Assembly (NCBI GenBank): GCA_036558265.1
Contig: DATBFY010000088.1
Coordinates: 1-59,982 of the forward strand
Source of the DNA: Tepidisphaeraceae bacterium
GTDB lineage: Bacteria; Planctomycetota; Phycisphaerae; Tepidisphaerales; Tepidisphaeraceae
Length of the DNA: 59,982 nucleotides
Direction: 5' to 3'
Translations under genes and position numbers: made by a program
Notes under the pieces: generated by a model
The model's database searches: none
The model's input: only the letters and a program-made list of their open reading frames with translations
Told to the model about the DNA's origin: nothing
Part shown: one piece after another, positions 24,818 to 33,512 of the stretch
How positions within the stretch are numbered: position 1 is the first letter of the stretch
Layout of the letters: every line of letters starts with the position of its first letter

Positions 24818-26176
24818 ATGTTCGGACTTCTCAAAACCTTCGCCGCGACGGCCAACCCGATCGGGGTTGACTTCGGCTCAGACTGCCTTCGCATGGCGCA
24901 GATTCAGGTCGTCGACGGGGAGCCGCGGATCGTCGCCGCCGCCAGCGCCGACGTGCCGAGCCACGTGCGGAACGACGCCGCGGCGCGGGCGTCGTTTTTC
25001 GTCGAGACGTCGAAGGACCTGCTGGCGCAGGGGAAGTTCAAGGGTCGCCAGGCGGTGCTGGCGCTGCCCGCCGCACAGATGTACATCCAGCACCTTCGCA
25101 TCCCGAAGATGGACGACGAGGCGATGAAGAAGGCGTTGCCGTGGGAGGCGCGGGGCAAGCTGCCGATCGACCCGACGCACGCGCTGCTGCGGCACACGGT
25201 GGCGGGAGAGATCTACCAGGATTCGGAGCCCAAGGACGAGGTTATCCTGATGGCCGCCGCCCGCGAGACGGTGAACATGCTGCTTGCCGCGGCGGCCAAG
25301 GCGAAGCTCGACGTGGTGGGAATGAACGTCGAGCCGATGGCGATCGTCGATTGCTTCAACCACGTGTTCCGCAGGAAGGCCGACCAGAAGTCGGTCACTT
25401 GTTTCATAGACATCGGCTTCAAGTCGAGCCGCGCGATCATCGCGGAGGGCTCTCGAATCCTGTTCGCCCGCTCGATCCCGACCGGTGGCGAACACCTGAA
25501 CCGGGCGGTCGCCCAGGCGCTGGGAATCGGAGCGGAGGAGGCCAAGCTCCTGCGGATCAAGCTCTGCCAGGCGCAACCGTCGCTGGACGAGCACCGGGCC
25601 AAGCAGGAGATCCGGTCCGGCGAGCGGCGCGCCGACGGCATCGCCGCCGACGCCGCTCCCGCGGCGTCAAGCGCCGGGGCAGGCGAAGGATTCGCGCTGT
25701 TGAATGCGTCGCTCGCTGCGGCGGAGAAGAGCAACCAGGCGGTTGGCGGCGCGCCCACGCAAGGCGCGACTGCCGTCGCCAGTCCACCGCGGCCCGCGCC
25801 GGCCTCAAAGGCCGTGAAGGGCAAGCTGCCATCGGACCCGGCGGAACAGGCGGTGCTGGTGGAAGAGGCATTGCACGAGCCGCTGGCGCGGCTGATCGAC
25901 GAGTTGGGACTGTGCCGCCGGTATCACGAGGCGACGTTCCAGAACAAGCCGGTGGAGAAGCTGGTGTTCGTCGGGGGCGAGGCGAAGCAGCGGAGGCTGT
26001 GTCAGCATGTGGCGCGCGAGATGCAGCTCGCGGCGCAGGTCGGCGATCCGCTGGTGCGGATGGGCCGGATCAGTGAGATCGGGATCGAGAGTGGGATCGA
26101 CCGCCGCCAGCCGCAGCCCGGGTGGGCGACGGCGATCGGCCTGAGCCTGGGCCCGGCGGAGTCGACGGACAACTGA
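24818..26176 (+). CDS. pilM: type IV pilus assembly protein PilM (actin-like ATPase fold) with internal low-complexity insertion
   Basis: SD GGAGAGAG upstream. 'IGVDFGSDCLRMAQI', 'ALPAAQMYIQHLRIPKMDDEAM', 'VGMNVEPMAIVDCF', 'IDIGFKSSRAII', 'SIPTGGEHLNRAVA', 'LVFVGGEAK'. Confidence 0.88.
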   Translation: MFGLLKTFAATANPIGVDFGSDCLRMAQIQVVDGEPRIVAAASADVPSHVRNDAAARASFFVETSKDLLAQGKFKGRQAVLALPAAQMYIQHLRIPKMDDEAMKKALPWEARGKLPIDPTHALLRHTVAGEIYQDSEPKDEVILMAAARETVNMLLAAAAKAKLDVVGMNVEPMAIVDCFNHVFRRKADQKSVTCFIDIGFKSSRAIIAEGSRILFARSIPTGGEHLNRAVAQALGIGAEEAKLLRIKLCQAQPSLDEHRAKQEIRSGERRADGIAADAAPAASSAGAGEGFALLNASLAAAEKSNQAVGGAPTQGATAVASPPRPAPASKAVKGKLPSDPAEQAVLVEEALHEPLARLIDELGLCRRYHEATFQNKPVEKLVFVGGEAKQRRLCQHVAREMQLAAQVGDPLVRMGRISEIGIESGIDRRQPQPGWATAIGLSLGPAESTDN

Positions 26177-26258
26177 CCGAGGAAGACACGGCTCGCGTCA
26201 CCGGCCCGGCGGCACCGGGCGGGTACGACGGGGGCGCACGATCGCGGAAGAGGAACCT

Positions 26259-27008
26259 ATGTCGTCTCCCAATCAACTGAGCTTCCTGCCGGACGATTAT
26301 CTCGAGATCAAGCGGCAGCGCCGCACGAACGTGATCTGCGCGGTCATGTTCCTGATGATCATGTCGGGCATCGGCGTATTGTTCACGATGAGCGAGCGCA
26401 CCCACAAGGCGGAGGAAACCGAAAACACCGCGGTCAGCAAGGAGTACGCCGAGGCCGCCACGCGCATCCAGCAGCAGAAGCAGATGCAGGAGAAGCACCA
26501 GCGCCTGAACGCGCAGGCGGAGCTGACCGCGTCCCTGGTCGAGCGCGTGCCGCGGAGCCGCCTGCTGGCGGAACTGACCAACGCGAAGCCGGCGGGGGTC
26601 TCGTTCACGGAGGTGCGACTGGATTCGAAGCTGAGGGCCGCGAACGGTGCGTCGGCGGCGGCGGCGGGAAAGACCCAGTTCGAGATGAAGCGCGCGGCAA
26701 TGGAAGCGGCGACCGGCAGCGCCAAGCACGCCGCCGGACCTCCGGTGCCCCAGGCCAAGAGCTACGACGTGAACGTGAAGGTGATGGGCCTGGCGGACAA
26801 CGACGTACAGGTGGCGCAGTTCCTGGCGAAGCTTAACCAGTCGCAGCTCCTGCAGGACGTGAACCTGGTGATCAGCGACGAGCAGCAGCTCGGGGACGCG
26901 AAGATGCGCAAGTTTGAGATCGAGATGATGATCAACCCGGCCGCCGAGGTGATCCCCGCGGCGGTGCCGCAGTCGAAGACCGCGAGCACGCCGGTGGAGT
27001 TGAAGTGA
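26259..27008 (+). CDS. pilN: PilN-like fimbrial assembly protein
   Basis: 'LSFLPDDYLEIKRQRR' followed by TM 'VICAVMFLMIMSGIGVLF', a coiled-coil segment, then 'VKVMGLADNDVQVAQFLAKLNQSQLLQDVNLV'. Sits between pilM and the pilO-like gene. Confidence 0.8.
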   Translation: MSSPNQLSFLPDDYLEIKRQRRTNVICAVMFLMIMSGIGVLFTMSERTHKAEETENTAVSKEYAEAATRIQQQKQMQEKHQRLNAQAELTASLVERVPRSRLLAELTNAKPAGVSFTEVRLDSKLRAANGASAAAAGKTQFEMKRAAMEAATGSAKHAAGPPVPQAKSYDVNVKVMGLADNDVQVAQFLAKLNQSQLLQDVNLVISDEQQLGDAKMRKFEIEMMINPAAEVIPAAVPQSKTASTPVELK

Positions 27009-27098
27009 CCGTGCGACGGCGCGCGGCCTGACACGGCACGGCGCGCGCGCGCGGGGCCGCGGCAATAGGAACGGCGAACGCGAAACGGAGTGAGCAAC

Positions 27099-27656
27099 AT
27101 GCAATTCGGAATCAGAGAGCTCCTGTTCTTCGCCCTGATGATCGGCCTGGTCGTCGCCAGCGTATTCGCGCTGCAGAAGCGCCGGACGCAGACCGACGCG
27201 CTGCGGGCGGATACCCAGCAGAAGCGAAAGCAACTGGTGGACCTCAAGCAGTCCACGTCCGGCAACGAGGACTGGAACCAGAAGTTCGCCGAGCTCAAGC
27301 AGGCGATCAGCTTCTTCGAGAGCAAGCTCCCGCAGGAGCGGGAGATCGACAAGATCCTCAAGGAAGTCTGGCAGATGGCGGAGGCCAACAGTCTTCAGAC
27401 CCGCACGGTCAAGACGCTGCGCAGCGAGCGGGGGGCGAGCTACAGCGAGCAGCCGATCGAGATGAGCCTTGCGGGTGACTTCAACGGGTTTTACGTGTTT
27501 CTTCAGCAGTTGGAGAACATGCCGCGCATCACGCGGGTGACGAACATGTCGTTGACGAAGATGGCAGACCGCGACGGCGCGATGCAGGCGAAGATGACGC
27601 TGAGCATTTTCTTCGAGCCCGACGCGGGCGGCTCGAAGATGGCCGCGTCGCGTTGA
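27099..27656 (+). CDS. pilO: PilO-like pilus assembly protein
   Basis: ATG at 27099 with GGAG 8 nt upstream; the track start is the GTG at 27090. TM 'LLFFALMIGLVVASVFAL', a coiled coil, then 'SLAGDFNGFYVFLQQLENMPRITRVTNMSL'. Confidence 0.8.
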   Translation: MQFGIRELLFFALMIGLVVASVFALQKRRTQTDALRADTQQKRKQLVDLKQSTSGNEDWNQKFAELKQAISFFESKLPQEREIDKILKEVWQMAEANSLQTRTVKTLRSERGASYSEQPIEMSLAGDFNGFYVFLQQLENMPRITRVTNMSLTKMADRDGAMQAKMTLSIFFEPDAGGSKMAASR

Positions 27657-27691
27657 GCGGATCTGCCGGGGCAATGAGTGGAGTGTGACCC

Positions 27692-28393
27692 ATGAGCGAT
27701 GACGGACTCGAACAAGACGGCCAGGACGCCACGGACGACCCGGAACAGGCGCAGGACGCCTATGACGGTGGCATGGGCGGAGACGATGGCAATGGCGGTG
27801 GCGACGTGGACTCGGCGTTCGTCGTCCCGGGCGAGAAACAACCCCTGAGCAAGGGAACCGTGGCGATGTTCGTGATCCTCGCGCTCGCCGGAGCCGGGAC
27901 GTACTTCATGTACGTCAAGACCGGCCCCCAGAGCGCCGGCGCCGCCACCGTGGATCCCAAAGCCCAGGCCGTCATCAAGCAATACATGAGCGACCGGACC
28001 AAGAACCCGGCCGAGATGACCAAGATGTTCAAGGACACCGAGATGTACAAGCTGCTCTTGAACTACAAGGTGCAGCAGGTGCCACTGAGCGCGCTGGCGG
28101 CAAACCCGTTCCGCCTGGCGCCACCCGCGACCGACGACGGCAAGCCGGCCCGCATCAGCGAGGAGGAACAGAAACGTCGGGATGAGGAGGAGCGCGTCGC
28201 GGTGCTCAAGGCGGTCAACGGCCTGCAGCTCCAGTCCATCATGCGGAGCGATACCCGCCGATCCTGCATGATCAACAACACGCTCTACCAGGAAGGCCAG
28301 CAGGTCGAGGCGTTCACGATCGAGAAGATCAGCCCCAGTTGCGTGGTCGTGCGCAACGGGCGCTATCGATTTGAGCTGCGGATGCAGCGCTAA
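27692..28393 (+). CDS. PilP/GspC-like assembly protein (acidic N-terminus, one TM, C-terminal beta domain)
   Basis: SD GAGTGGAG upstream. Asp/Gly-rich N-terminus, TM 'VAMFVILALAGAGTYFMYV'. C-terminal 'LQLQSIMRSDTRRSCMINNTLYQEGQQVEAFTIEKISPSCVVVRNG' resembles PilP/GspB/C-type domains. Positional support is 4th gene after pilMNO. Confidence 0.65.
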   Translation: MSDDGLEQDGQDATDDPEQAQDAYDGGMGGDDGNGGGDVDSAFVVPGEKQPLSKGTVAMFVILALAGAGTYFMYVKTGPQSAGAATVDPKAQAVIKQYMSDRTKNPAEMTKMFKDTEMYKLLLNYKVQQVPLSALAANPFRLAPPATDDGKPARISEEEQKRRDEEERVAVLKAVNGLQLQSIMRSDTRRSCMINNTLYQEGQQVEAFTIEKISPSCVVVRNGRYRFELRMQR

Positions 28394-28440
28394 CGGCGCG
28401 CCCCCGCGCCGCGTCACACCCCCGCCACGGGAAGGAAACC

Positions 28441-30264
28441 ATGTTTGGTCGCCGAACAAACTCACCCGCGGATCGCCCCCCCGAGGGCCCGGACCTCTCG
28501 CGACCCGCGGACGACCTGGTGGACCCCCCTGCCGAGATGGAAGCGCTGTGGGCGCCCGAGCAGGCGAAGGTGCGCACAACGGTCGAGCAACTTCTGCTCG
28601 AGCGCGGGCATATCCAGGAGGAGCAGCTCACCCAGGCGAAACAGGTCCAGTCGCAGACCCCGGGCAAGACGATCACACAGATCCTCTTGACGATGAACGC
28701 GGCGACCGAGGGGCAGATCCTCTCGGCCCAGGCCGAAACCCTCGGGCTGCCGTTCGAAGTGCCCGAAAAGGCGGCCGTGGACGCGCAGGCGTTCGAGCTG
28801 CTCGAGCCCGACTACATTCGGCGGCATAACGTCCTGCCGATCCGCCTGGAGGGCAAGACACTGGTCGTCGGCATGGCCGATCCCGCCAACGTCTTCCTCC
28901 TCGACGAGGTCAAGCGCAAGGTCAAGCGCGACGTGAAGGTCGTCGTCACGCCCGCCGGCGACATCAACCGTTTGGTCGAGCAGATCACCACCAACGCGGT
29001 CGACCTGAAGGTGGACGAGATCATCAAGGACATGGCCGAGGACGACGTCCAGGTCGTGAAGGAGGAGAAGGAGGACGACCAGGACCTGACCAAGCTGGGC
29101 AACGAGTCGCCGATCATCCGCTTCGTCAACTACCTGATCTTCGACGCGGTCAAGCAGGGCGCCTCCGACATCCACATCGAGCCCAAGGAAAAGGGCCTCA
29201 AGATCCGCTACCGCATCGACGGCATCCTGTTCGAGGCGATGAACCCCCCGCACACGATGCACGCGGCGATCACCTCGCGCCTGAAGATCATGGCCAACCT
29301 CGACATCGCCGAGCGCCGACTGCCGCAGGACGGGCGCATCCGCGCCGTCGTGAACGGCCGCAAGATCGACCTGCGCATGAGCACGCTGCCGACCGCGAAC
29401 GGCGAGAAGTGCGTCATGCGTATTCTCGACAACCGCTCGATCAACGTGGCGCTCGACGACCTGGGCTTTTCCGAGAACTGCCTGACGATCTGGAAGAACC
29501 AGATCGATCAGCCGCACGGAATCCTGCTGGTCACCGGGCCGACCGGCTCGGGCAAGACGACCACGCTCTACTCGTCGCTGCGTTGCATGGACGGCAACAA
29601 GCTGAACATCAGCACGGTCGAGGATCCGATCGAGTACCAGCTCTCGACCGCCAACCAGGTGCAGGTGCACGAGAAGATCGGGATGACGTTCAGCGCCGCG
29701 CTGCGGTCGCTCTTGCGTCAGGACCCCGACGTCGTGCTTCTGGGCGAAATCCGAGACGCTGAGACCGCCAAGATCGCCGTGCAGGCGGCGCTGACCGGCC
29801 ACCTCGTGCTCAGCACGCTCCACACGAACGACGCGCCGTCGTCGGTCACGCGTCTGGTGAACATCGGGGTCGAGCCCTACCTGATCAGCGCCGCGGTGAA
29901 CGCGGTCCTGGCGCAGCGACTGTGCCGAAAGATCTGCCCGCTCTGCAAGGAGGAGTACACCCCCTCGTCCGAGATGAAGGAGTTCCTCGTGCTCCAGGGG
30001 TTCACCTCCGACAAGACGTTCCGCGGCAAGGGCTGCGACCGCTGCCGAAAGACCGGGTACGTCGGGCGGCTTGGCGTTTACGAGCTGATGGTCATGGACG
30101 ACTCGCTGCGCGACGTGGTCACCGCCAATCCGGACGTGACGCAGTTGCGCAAGCTCTGCCGGGAGCGCGGCCTGGTGACGCTGCGGCAAGACGGTTTCGA
30201 CAAGGTAATGAAGGGCATGACGACGGTCGACGAAATCCTCCGGGTGACCGAGGGCGGCGTCTGA
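28441..30264 (+). CDS. pilB: type IV pilus/T2SS assembly ATPase (GspE/PilB family)
   Basis: N-terminal T2SSE_N-like helices. Walker A 'VTGPTGSGKTTTLY', 'DPDVVLLGEIRD', His box 'TGHLVLSTLHTNDA'. Tetracysteine 'CRKICPLCKEEY...CDRCRKTGY'. Confidence 0.93.
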   Translation: MFGRRTNSPADRPPEGPDLSRPADDLVDPPAEMEALWAPEQAKVRTTVEQLLLERGHIQEEQLTQAKQVQSQTPGKTITQILLTMNAATEGQILSAQAETLGLPFEVPEKAAVDAQAFELLEPDYIRRHNVLPIRLEGKTLVVGMADPANVFLLDEVKRKVKRDVKVVVTPAGDINRLVEQITTNAVDLKVDEIIKDMAEDDVQVVKEEKEDDQDLTKLGNESPIIRFVNYLIFDAVKQGASDIHIEPKEKGLKIRYRIDGILFEAMNPPHTMHAAITSRLKIMANLDIAERRLPQDGRIRAVVNGRKIDLRMSTLPTANGEKCVMRILDNRSINVALDDLGFSENCLTIWKNQIDQPHGILLVTGPTGSGKTTTLYSSLRCMDGNKLNISTVEDPIEYQLSTANQVQVHEKIGMTFSAALRSLLRQDPDVVLLGEIRDAETAKIAVQAALTGHLVLSTLHTNDAPSSVTRLVNIGVEPYLISAAVNAVLAQRLCRKICPLCKEEYTPSSEMKEFLVLQGFTSDKTFRGKGCDRCRKTGYVGRLGVYELMVMDDSLRDVVTANPDVTQLRKLCRERGLVTLRQDGFDKVMKGMTTVDEILRVTEGGV

Positions 30265-30314
30265 TCGAGCGTGGAAGGACATGGCAGTAGAAGGCAGAAA
30301 AGGAGTATGGAGAG

Positions 30315-31373
30315 ATGAGCCTGGTGAATGACATTTTGCGTACGGCGGTCCAAAACAAGGCGTCGGACGTCCACATCAACGTCGGCGCGCCGCCCCTCTT
30401 CCGAATCCACACGGTCGTGCAGGCCAGCGACTTCCCCATCGTCACGCCCGAAGGGTCGATGCGGCTCCTGAAGGAGATCCTGGCCGAGAAGCGCTGGCCC
30501 GCGTTCGAAGAACTGCGCGACGCCGACTTCTCCTACGAGATCCCCGGTGTCGGTCGCTTCCGCGTTAACGCGCACTTCCAGCGCAACTCGATCGCGCTGG
30601 CATTCCGTACCATTAACGACAAGGTGCGGCCGATCGAGCAGCTATTCCTGCCCGAGATCGTCCACAAGCTGACGCACCTGCCGCGCGGCTTGATCCTGGT
30701 GACCGGGCCCACCGGCTCGGGCAAGTCCACGACGCTGGCGGCGATGATCGACGCGATCAACCGCCGCGAGCCCGGACACATCATCACGCTCGAGGACCCG
30801 ATCGAGTATGCGTTCGTCAGCCAGAAGAGCTGTATCGAGCAGCGCGAGGTGGGCAACGACGTGCCCAACTTCGCCAGCGGCCTGCGGCACGCCCTGCGTC
30901 AGGACCCGGACGTCATCCTGGTGGGCGAAATGCGCGACCTGGAGACGACCGGCTCGGCGATCACGGCGGCGGAAACCGGTCACCTGGTCTTCTCCATCCT
31001 GCACACCGTCAACGTCTTTCAGACGATCGAGCGTATCATCGACATCTACCCGTCCGACCAGCAGAACCAGATCCGCTCCATGCTCGCCAACACGCTCCAG
31101 GCGGTCATCAGCCAGACCCTGTTCAAGCGCGTGGACCAGCCGGGCATGATCCCGGCGGTCGAGGTCATGCTGTGCACGCCCGCCGTGCGAAACTGCGTGC
31201 GCGAGAACCGCATCTTTGAAATCCCCAACATCATCGAGACCAGCCGCGCGCTGGGCATGCAGACGCTCGACAGCTCGATCAAGCAACTGTTCGTGAACGG
31301 TTACGTCAGCAAGGAAGACGCGATCGCCCAGGCGGCGCATCCCGAGAAGCTCGAACGCAGCATCGCGGCTTAG
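30315..31373 (+). CDS. pilT: twitching-motility retraction ATPase PilT
   Basis: 'KASDVHINVGAPPLFRIH', 'RFRVNAHFQRNSIALAFR', Walker A 'VTGPTGSGKSTTLAAMID', 'ITLEDPIEY', 'DPDVILVGEMRD', 'TGHLVFSILHT', 'AVISQTL'. Confidence 0.93.
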   Translation: MSLVNDILRTAVQNKASDVHINVGAPPLFRIHTVVQASDFPIVTPEGSMRLLKEILAEKRWPAFEELRDADFSYEIPGVGRFRVNAHFQRNSIALAFRTINDKVRPIEQLFLPEIVHKLTHLPRGLILVTGPTGSGKSTTLAAMIDAINRREPGHIITLEDPIEYAFVSQKSCIEQREVGNDVPNFASGLRHALRQDPDVILVGEMRDLETTGSAITAAETGHLVFSILHTVNVFQTIERIIDIYPSDQQNQIRSMLANTLQAVISQTLFKRVDQPGMIPAVEVMLCTPAVRNCVRENRIFEIPNIIETSRALGMQTLDSSIKQLFVNGYVSKEDAIAQAAHPEKLERSIAA

Positions 31374-31515
31374 CGTGCGCCGGTGGACGACCGATCAGGC
31401 TCGTACCAGGAGAAGGATGAATGATGACGGAGAACGGACGAGTCAAGACGGCGCGGTGATCCGAACGCGACTTGATTCATCCTTCTGACGTCATCCTTCA
31501 TCCTTAGATTGACCC

Positions 31516-32739
31516 ATGCCCACATACCGTTACGAATCCCGGAACTCCGCCGGAAAGGTGACGTCCGGCGTGCTCAGCGCCGCCAACCTCGCCGCCGCCT
31601 CGCAGGAGCTGCGCAACCGCGGGGAGTACATCCTGGCGCTGATGCCCGCCGGCTCCGCGACCAAGAAGGCCGGCTTCTCCCTCGCGAGCGCCAATATCAG
31701 CTTCGGCCCCGGCGCCAAAGACGTGCAGGCGTTCACCAGCCAGCTCGCCGTCATGATCCGCGCCGGCATCAGCATCCGCGCCGCCATCGAGGGCATTTCC
31801 GAACAGGTGGCTAACCCCAAGTTCAAGCAGATGCTCGTCCAGATGAAGAAGGACGTCGAGTCGGGCAAGCAGTTCTCCGACGCCCTGATGCGCTACCCCA
31901 AGGTCTTCAGCCCCCTTTACATCAACATGGTGAAGGCGTCGGAGCTGTCCGGCGGCTTCTCCAAGATGCTCGACCGCATCGCCGGCTATCTCGCGCAGCA
32001 GATCGAGACCTCGGGCATGGTCAAGGGCGCGATGATCTACCCCGGCATCATCGGCACGATGGCCGTCGGCACGACGATCTTCCTGCTCACCTTCGTGCTG
32101 CCGCGCTTCCTGGTCATCTTCAAGGGCAAGGAAAAGGTCCTCCCCGCGCCGACCAAGATGCTCATGGCCATGAGCAATTTCATGGTCAATTACTGGTACA
32201 TCCTGCTCTTTGGCGTGGTCGCCGCCATCTGGGGCTTCATGCTCCTGATCAAGACCGACTGGGGACGCGTCTGGTGGGACAAGCTCAAGCTCACCATCCC
32301 CCTGTTCAAGAAGCTCTTCCGCGCCCTCTACATCTCGCGCAGCCTCCACACGATGGGCCAGTTGATCAACGCCGGCGTGCCGATCCTCGACACGCTGGGA
32401 ATCACGGCGGAGATCAGCGGCAACTCGATCTACAAGCGGATGTGGCGCTCGGTCTATACCGCCGTCAAACAAGGTAAGAAGATCTCGACGCCGCTGAACA
32501 AGAGCCCCCTGCTCCCCAAGTCGGTGATCCAGATGATCGGCGCGGGCGAAGAATCGGGTAAGCTCGGCGAGGTGCTCGACGAGGTGTCCGAGTTTTACGC
32601 CCGCGAGCTCAAGGCCGTCATCAAAGGCGTAACCGCGATGATCGAACCCTTGATGATCGTCCTCATGGGCAGCATCGTCGGTTTCATCGCCATGAGCATC
32701 ATCCTCCCGATCTTCAAGCTCAGCAGCCTGGTCAAATGA
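31516..32739 (+). CDS. pilC: platform protein PilC/GspF
   Basis: Two GspF-type repeats ('AFTSQLAVMIRAGISIRAAIE', 'LHTMGQLINAGVPILDTLGI'), 'MVKASELSGGFSKML', 'MIGAGEESGKLGEVL'. Three TM regions. No SD before the ATG. Confidence 0.92.
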   Translation: MPTYRYESRNSAGKVTSGVLSAANLAAASQELRNRGEYILALMPAGSATKKAGFSLASANISFGPGAKDVQAFTSQLAVMIRAGISIRAAIEGISEQVANPKFKQMLVQMKKDVESGKQFSDALMRYPKVFSPLYINMVKASELSGGFSKMLDRIAGYLAQQIETSGMVKGAMIYPGIIGTMAVGTTIFLLTFVLPRFLVIFKGKEKVLPAPTKMLMAMSNFMVNYWYILLFGVVAAIWGFMLLIKTDWGRVWWDKLKLTIPLFKKLFRALYISRSLHTMGQLINAGVPILDTLGITAEISGNSIYKRMWRSVYTAVKQGKKISTPLNKSPLLPKSVIQMIGAGEESGKLGEVLDEVSEFYARELKAVIKGVTAMIEPLMIVLMGSIVGFIAMSIILPIFKLSSLVK

Positions 32740-32768
32740 CCCCGGCCGCATGAGTCACGATCGAATTT

Positions 32769-32807
32769 ACGGGCAGGGCGCCTCAACGCGTCCCTGCCCG
32801 TTTTCTT
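32769..32807 (+). terminator. intrinsic terminator after pilC
   Basis: ACGGGCAGGG (32769-32778), 13-nt loop, CCCTGCCCGT (32792-32801), followed by TTTCTT. Confidence 0.75.
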
Positions 32808-32840
32808 ACTAACCACCCTTCACTTCGCCAGCTTGCGCAT

Positions 32841-32869
32841 TTGACCGGGGCGGATCTGAATTCGATATC
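32841..32869 (+). promoter_or_regulatory. sigma70-like promoter of triad 1 (TTGACC-N17-GATATC), ATG 9 nt downstream
   Basis: TTGACC 32841-32846, 17-nt spacer, GATATC 32864-32869, ATG at 32879, no SD. The same architecture occurs before triad 2. Confidence 0.4.
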
Positions 32870-32878
32870 AGACGTTGA

Positions 32879-33424
32879 ATGCGATACCGCTTCCCCTCAT
32901 GCCGTGCCCCCCGCGTGCGGCGGGGCTTCACCCTGATCGAGGCCGCGATGACGACCGTCATCATCGGCGTCGGCTGCGTGTCGATGCTCGCCCTGCTGGG
33001 TGCGGGGACCATGGCCAACGGCTCGGGCGCCGAGCTGACCACCGCCATGCACCTGGCGGGCAACCTCCGCGAGGCGATGACCGGCCTGCGCTACGCCGAC
33101 CCGACAAGCCCCACCCACTGGGGCGCCGAAAACGGCGAAACGCTCGCTACCTACAACGACATCGACGACTTCGACGCCTGGAGCTCCAATCCCTATCCGA
33201 TCGACGCCCGCCGCAACTCCCTGGGCAGCAGCTACAGCGGATGGGCGCAGCAGGTGAAGGTCGACTGCGTCAAGCCCGACGATCTTCAGACGACGACACC
33301 CCACCTGACCCTCCCCCCTGAGCTCCGGCCCACCTGCCGGATCACCGTGACCATCGTGCACAACAATCGACAGGTTTACACGCAGAACTGGATCGCCTCG
33401 TATTCGGACCCGTCCGCCCCGTAA
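32879..33424 (+). CDS. prepilin-type pseudopilin, triad 1 member A (GspH/I-like)
   Basis: 'RVRRGFTLIEAAMTTVIIGVG' is a prepilin cleavage/methylation motif with Glu at +5. Paralog of 35644..36222 ('TLATYNDIDDFD' vs 'TLASYDDIDDFD'; 'CRITVTIVH' vs 'ARVTVRILH'). Confidence 0.88.
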   Translation: MRYRFPSCRAPRVRRGFTLIEAAMTTVIIGVGCVSMLALLGAGTMANGSGAELTTAMHLAGNLREAMTGLRYADPTSPTHWGAENGETLATYNDIDDFDAWSSNPYPIDARRNSLGSSYSGWAQQVKVDCVKPDDLQTTTPHLTLPPELRPTCRITVTIVHNNRQVYTQNWIASYSDPSAP

Positions 33425-33512
33425 AGGAGTCGAGGTGTCGCGCGAACGACGCGCTTTCGTGCCGGCGCGGAAGCCATTGCGGACGGGAGCTGACCGAGAG
33501 AGGAATCAAGAC

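Noticed and set aside
26070-27674. 534-aa ORF on the minus strand across pilN/pilO
   Set aside because: It is antisense to two SD-preceded genes that fit a syntenic pilMNO series. The product is dominated by Arg/Leu/His/Pro runs.
28540-28760. MshEN-type c-di-GMP binding site in the PilB N-terminal domain, which would link it to the HD-GYP paralogs
   Set aside because: The helices are present, but I do not see the conserved RLGxxL..G..L..Q motif arginine/leucine pattern ('TVEQLLLERGHIQEEQLTQAKQVQ'). This is not supportable by eye.
28462-30282. 606-aa ORF antisense to the GspE/PilB ATPase
   Set aside because: The plus strand carries Walker A/B, the His box and the tetracysteine motif. The antisense product has no motifs.
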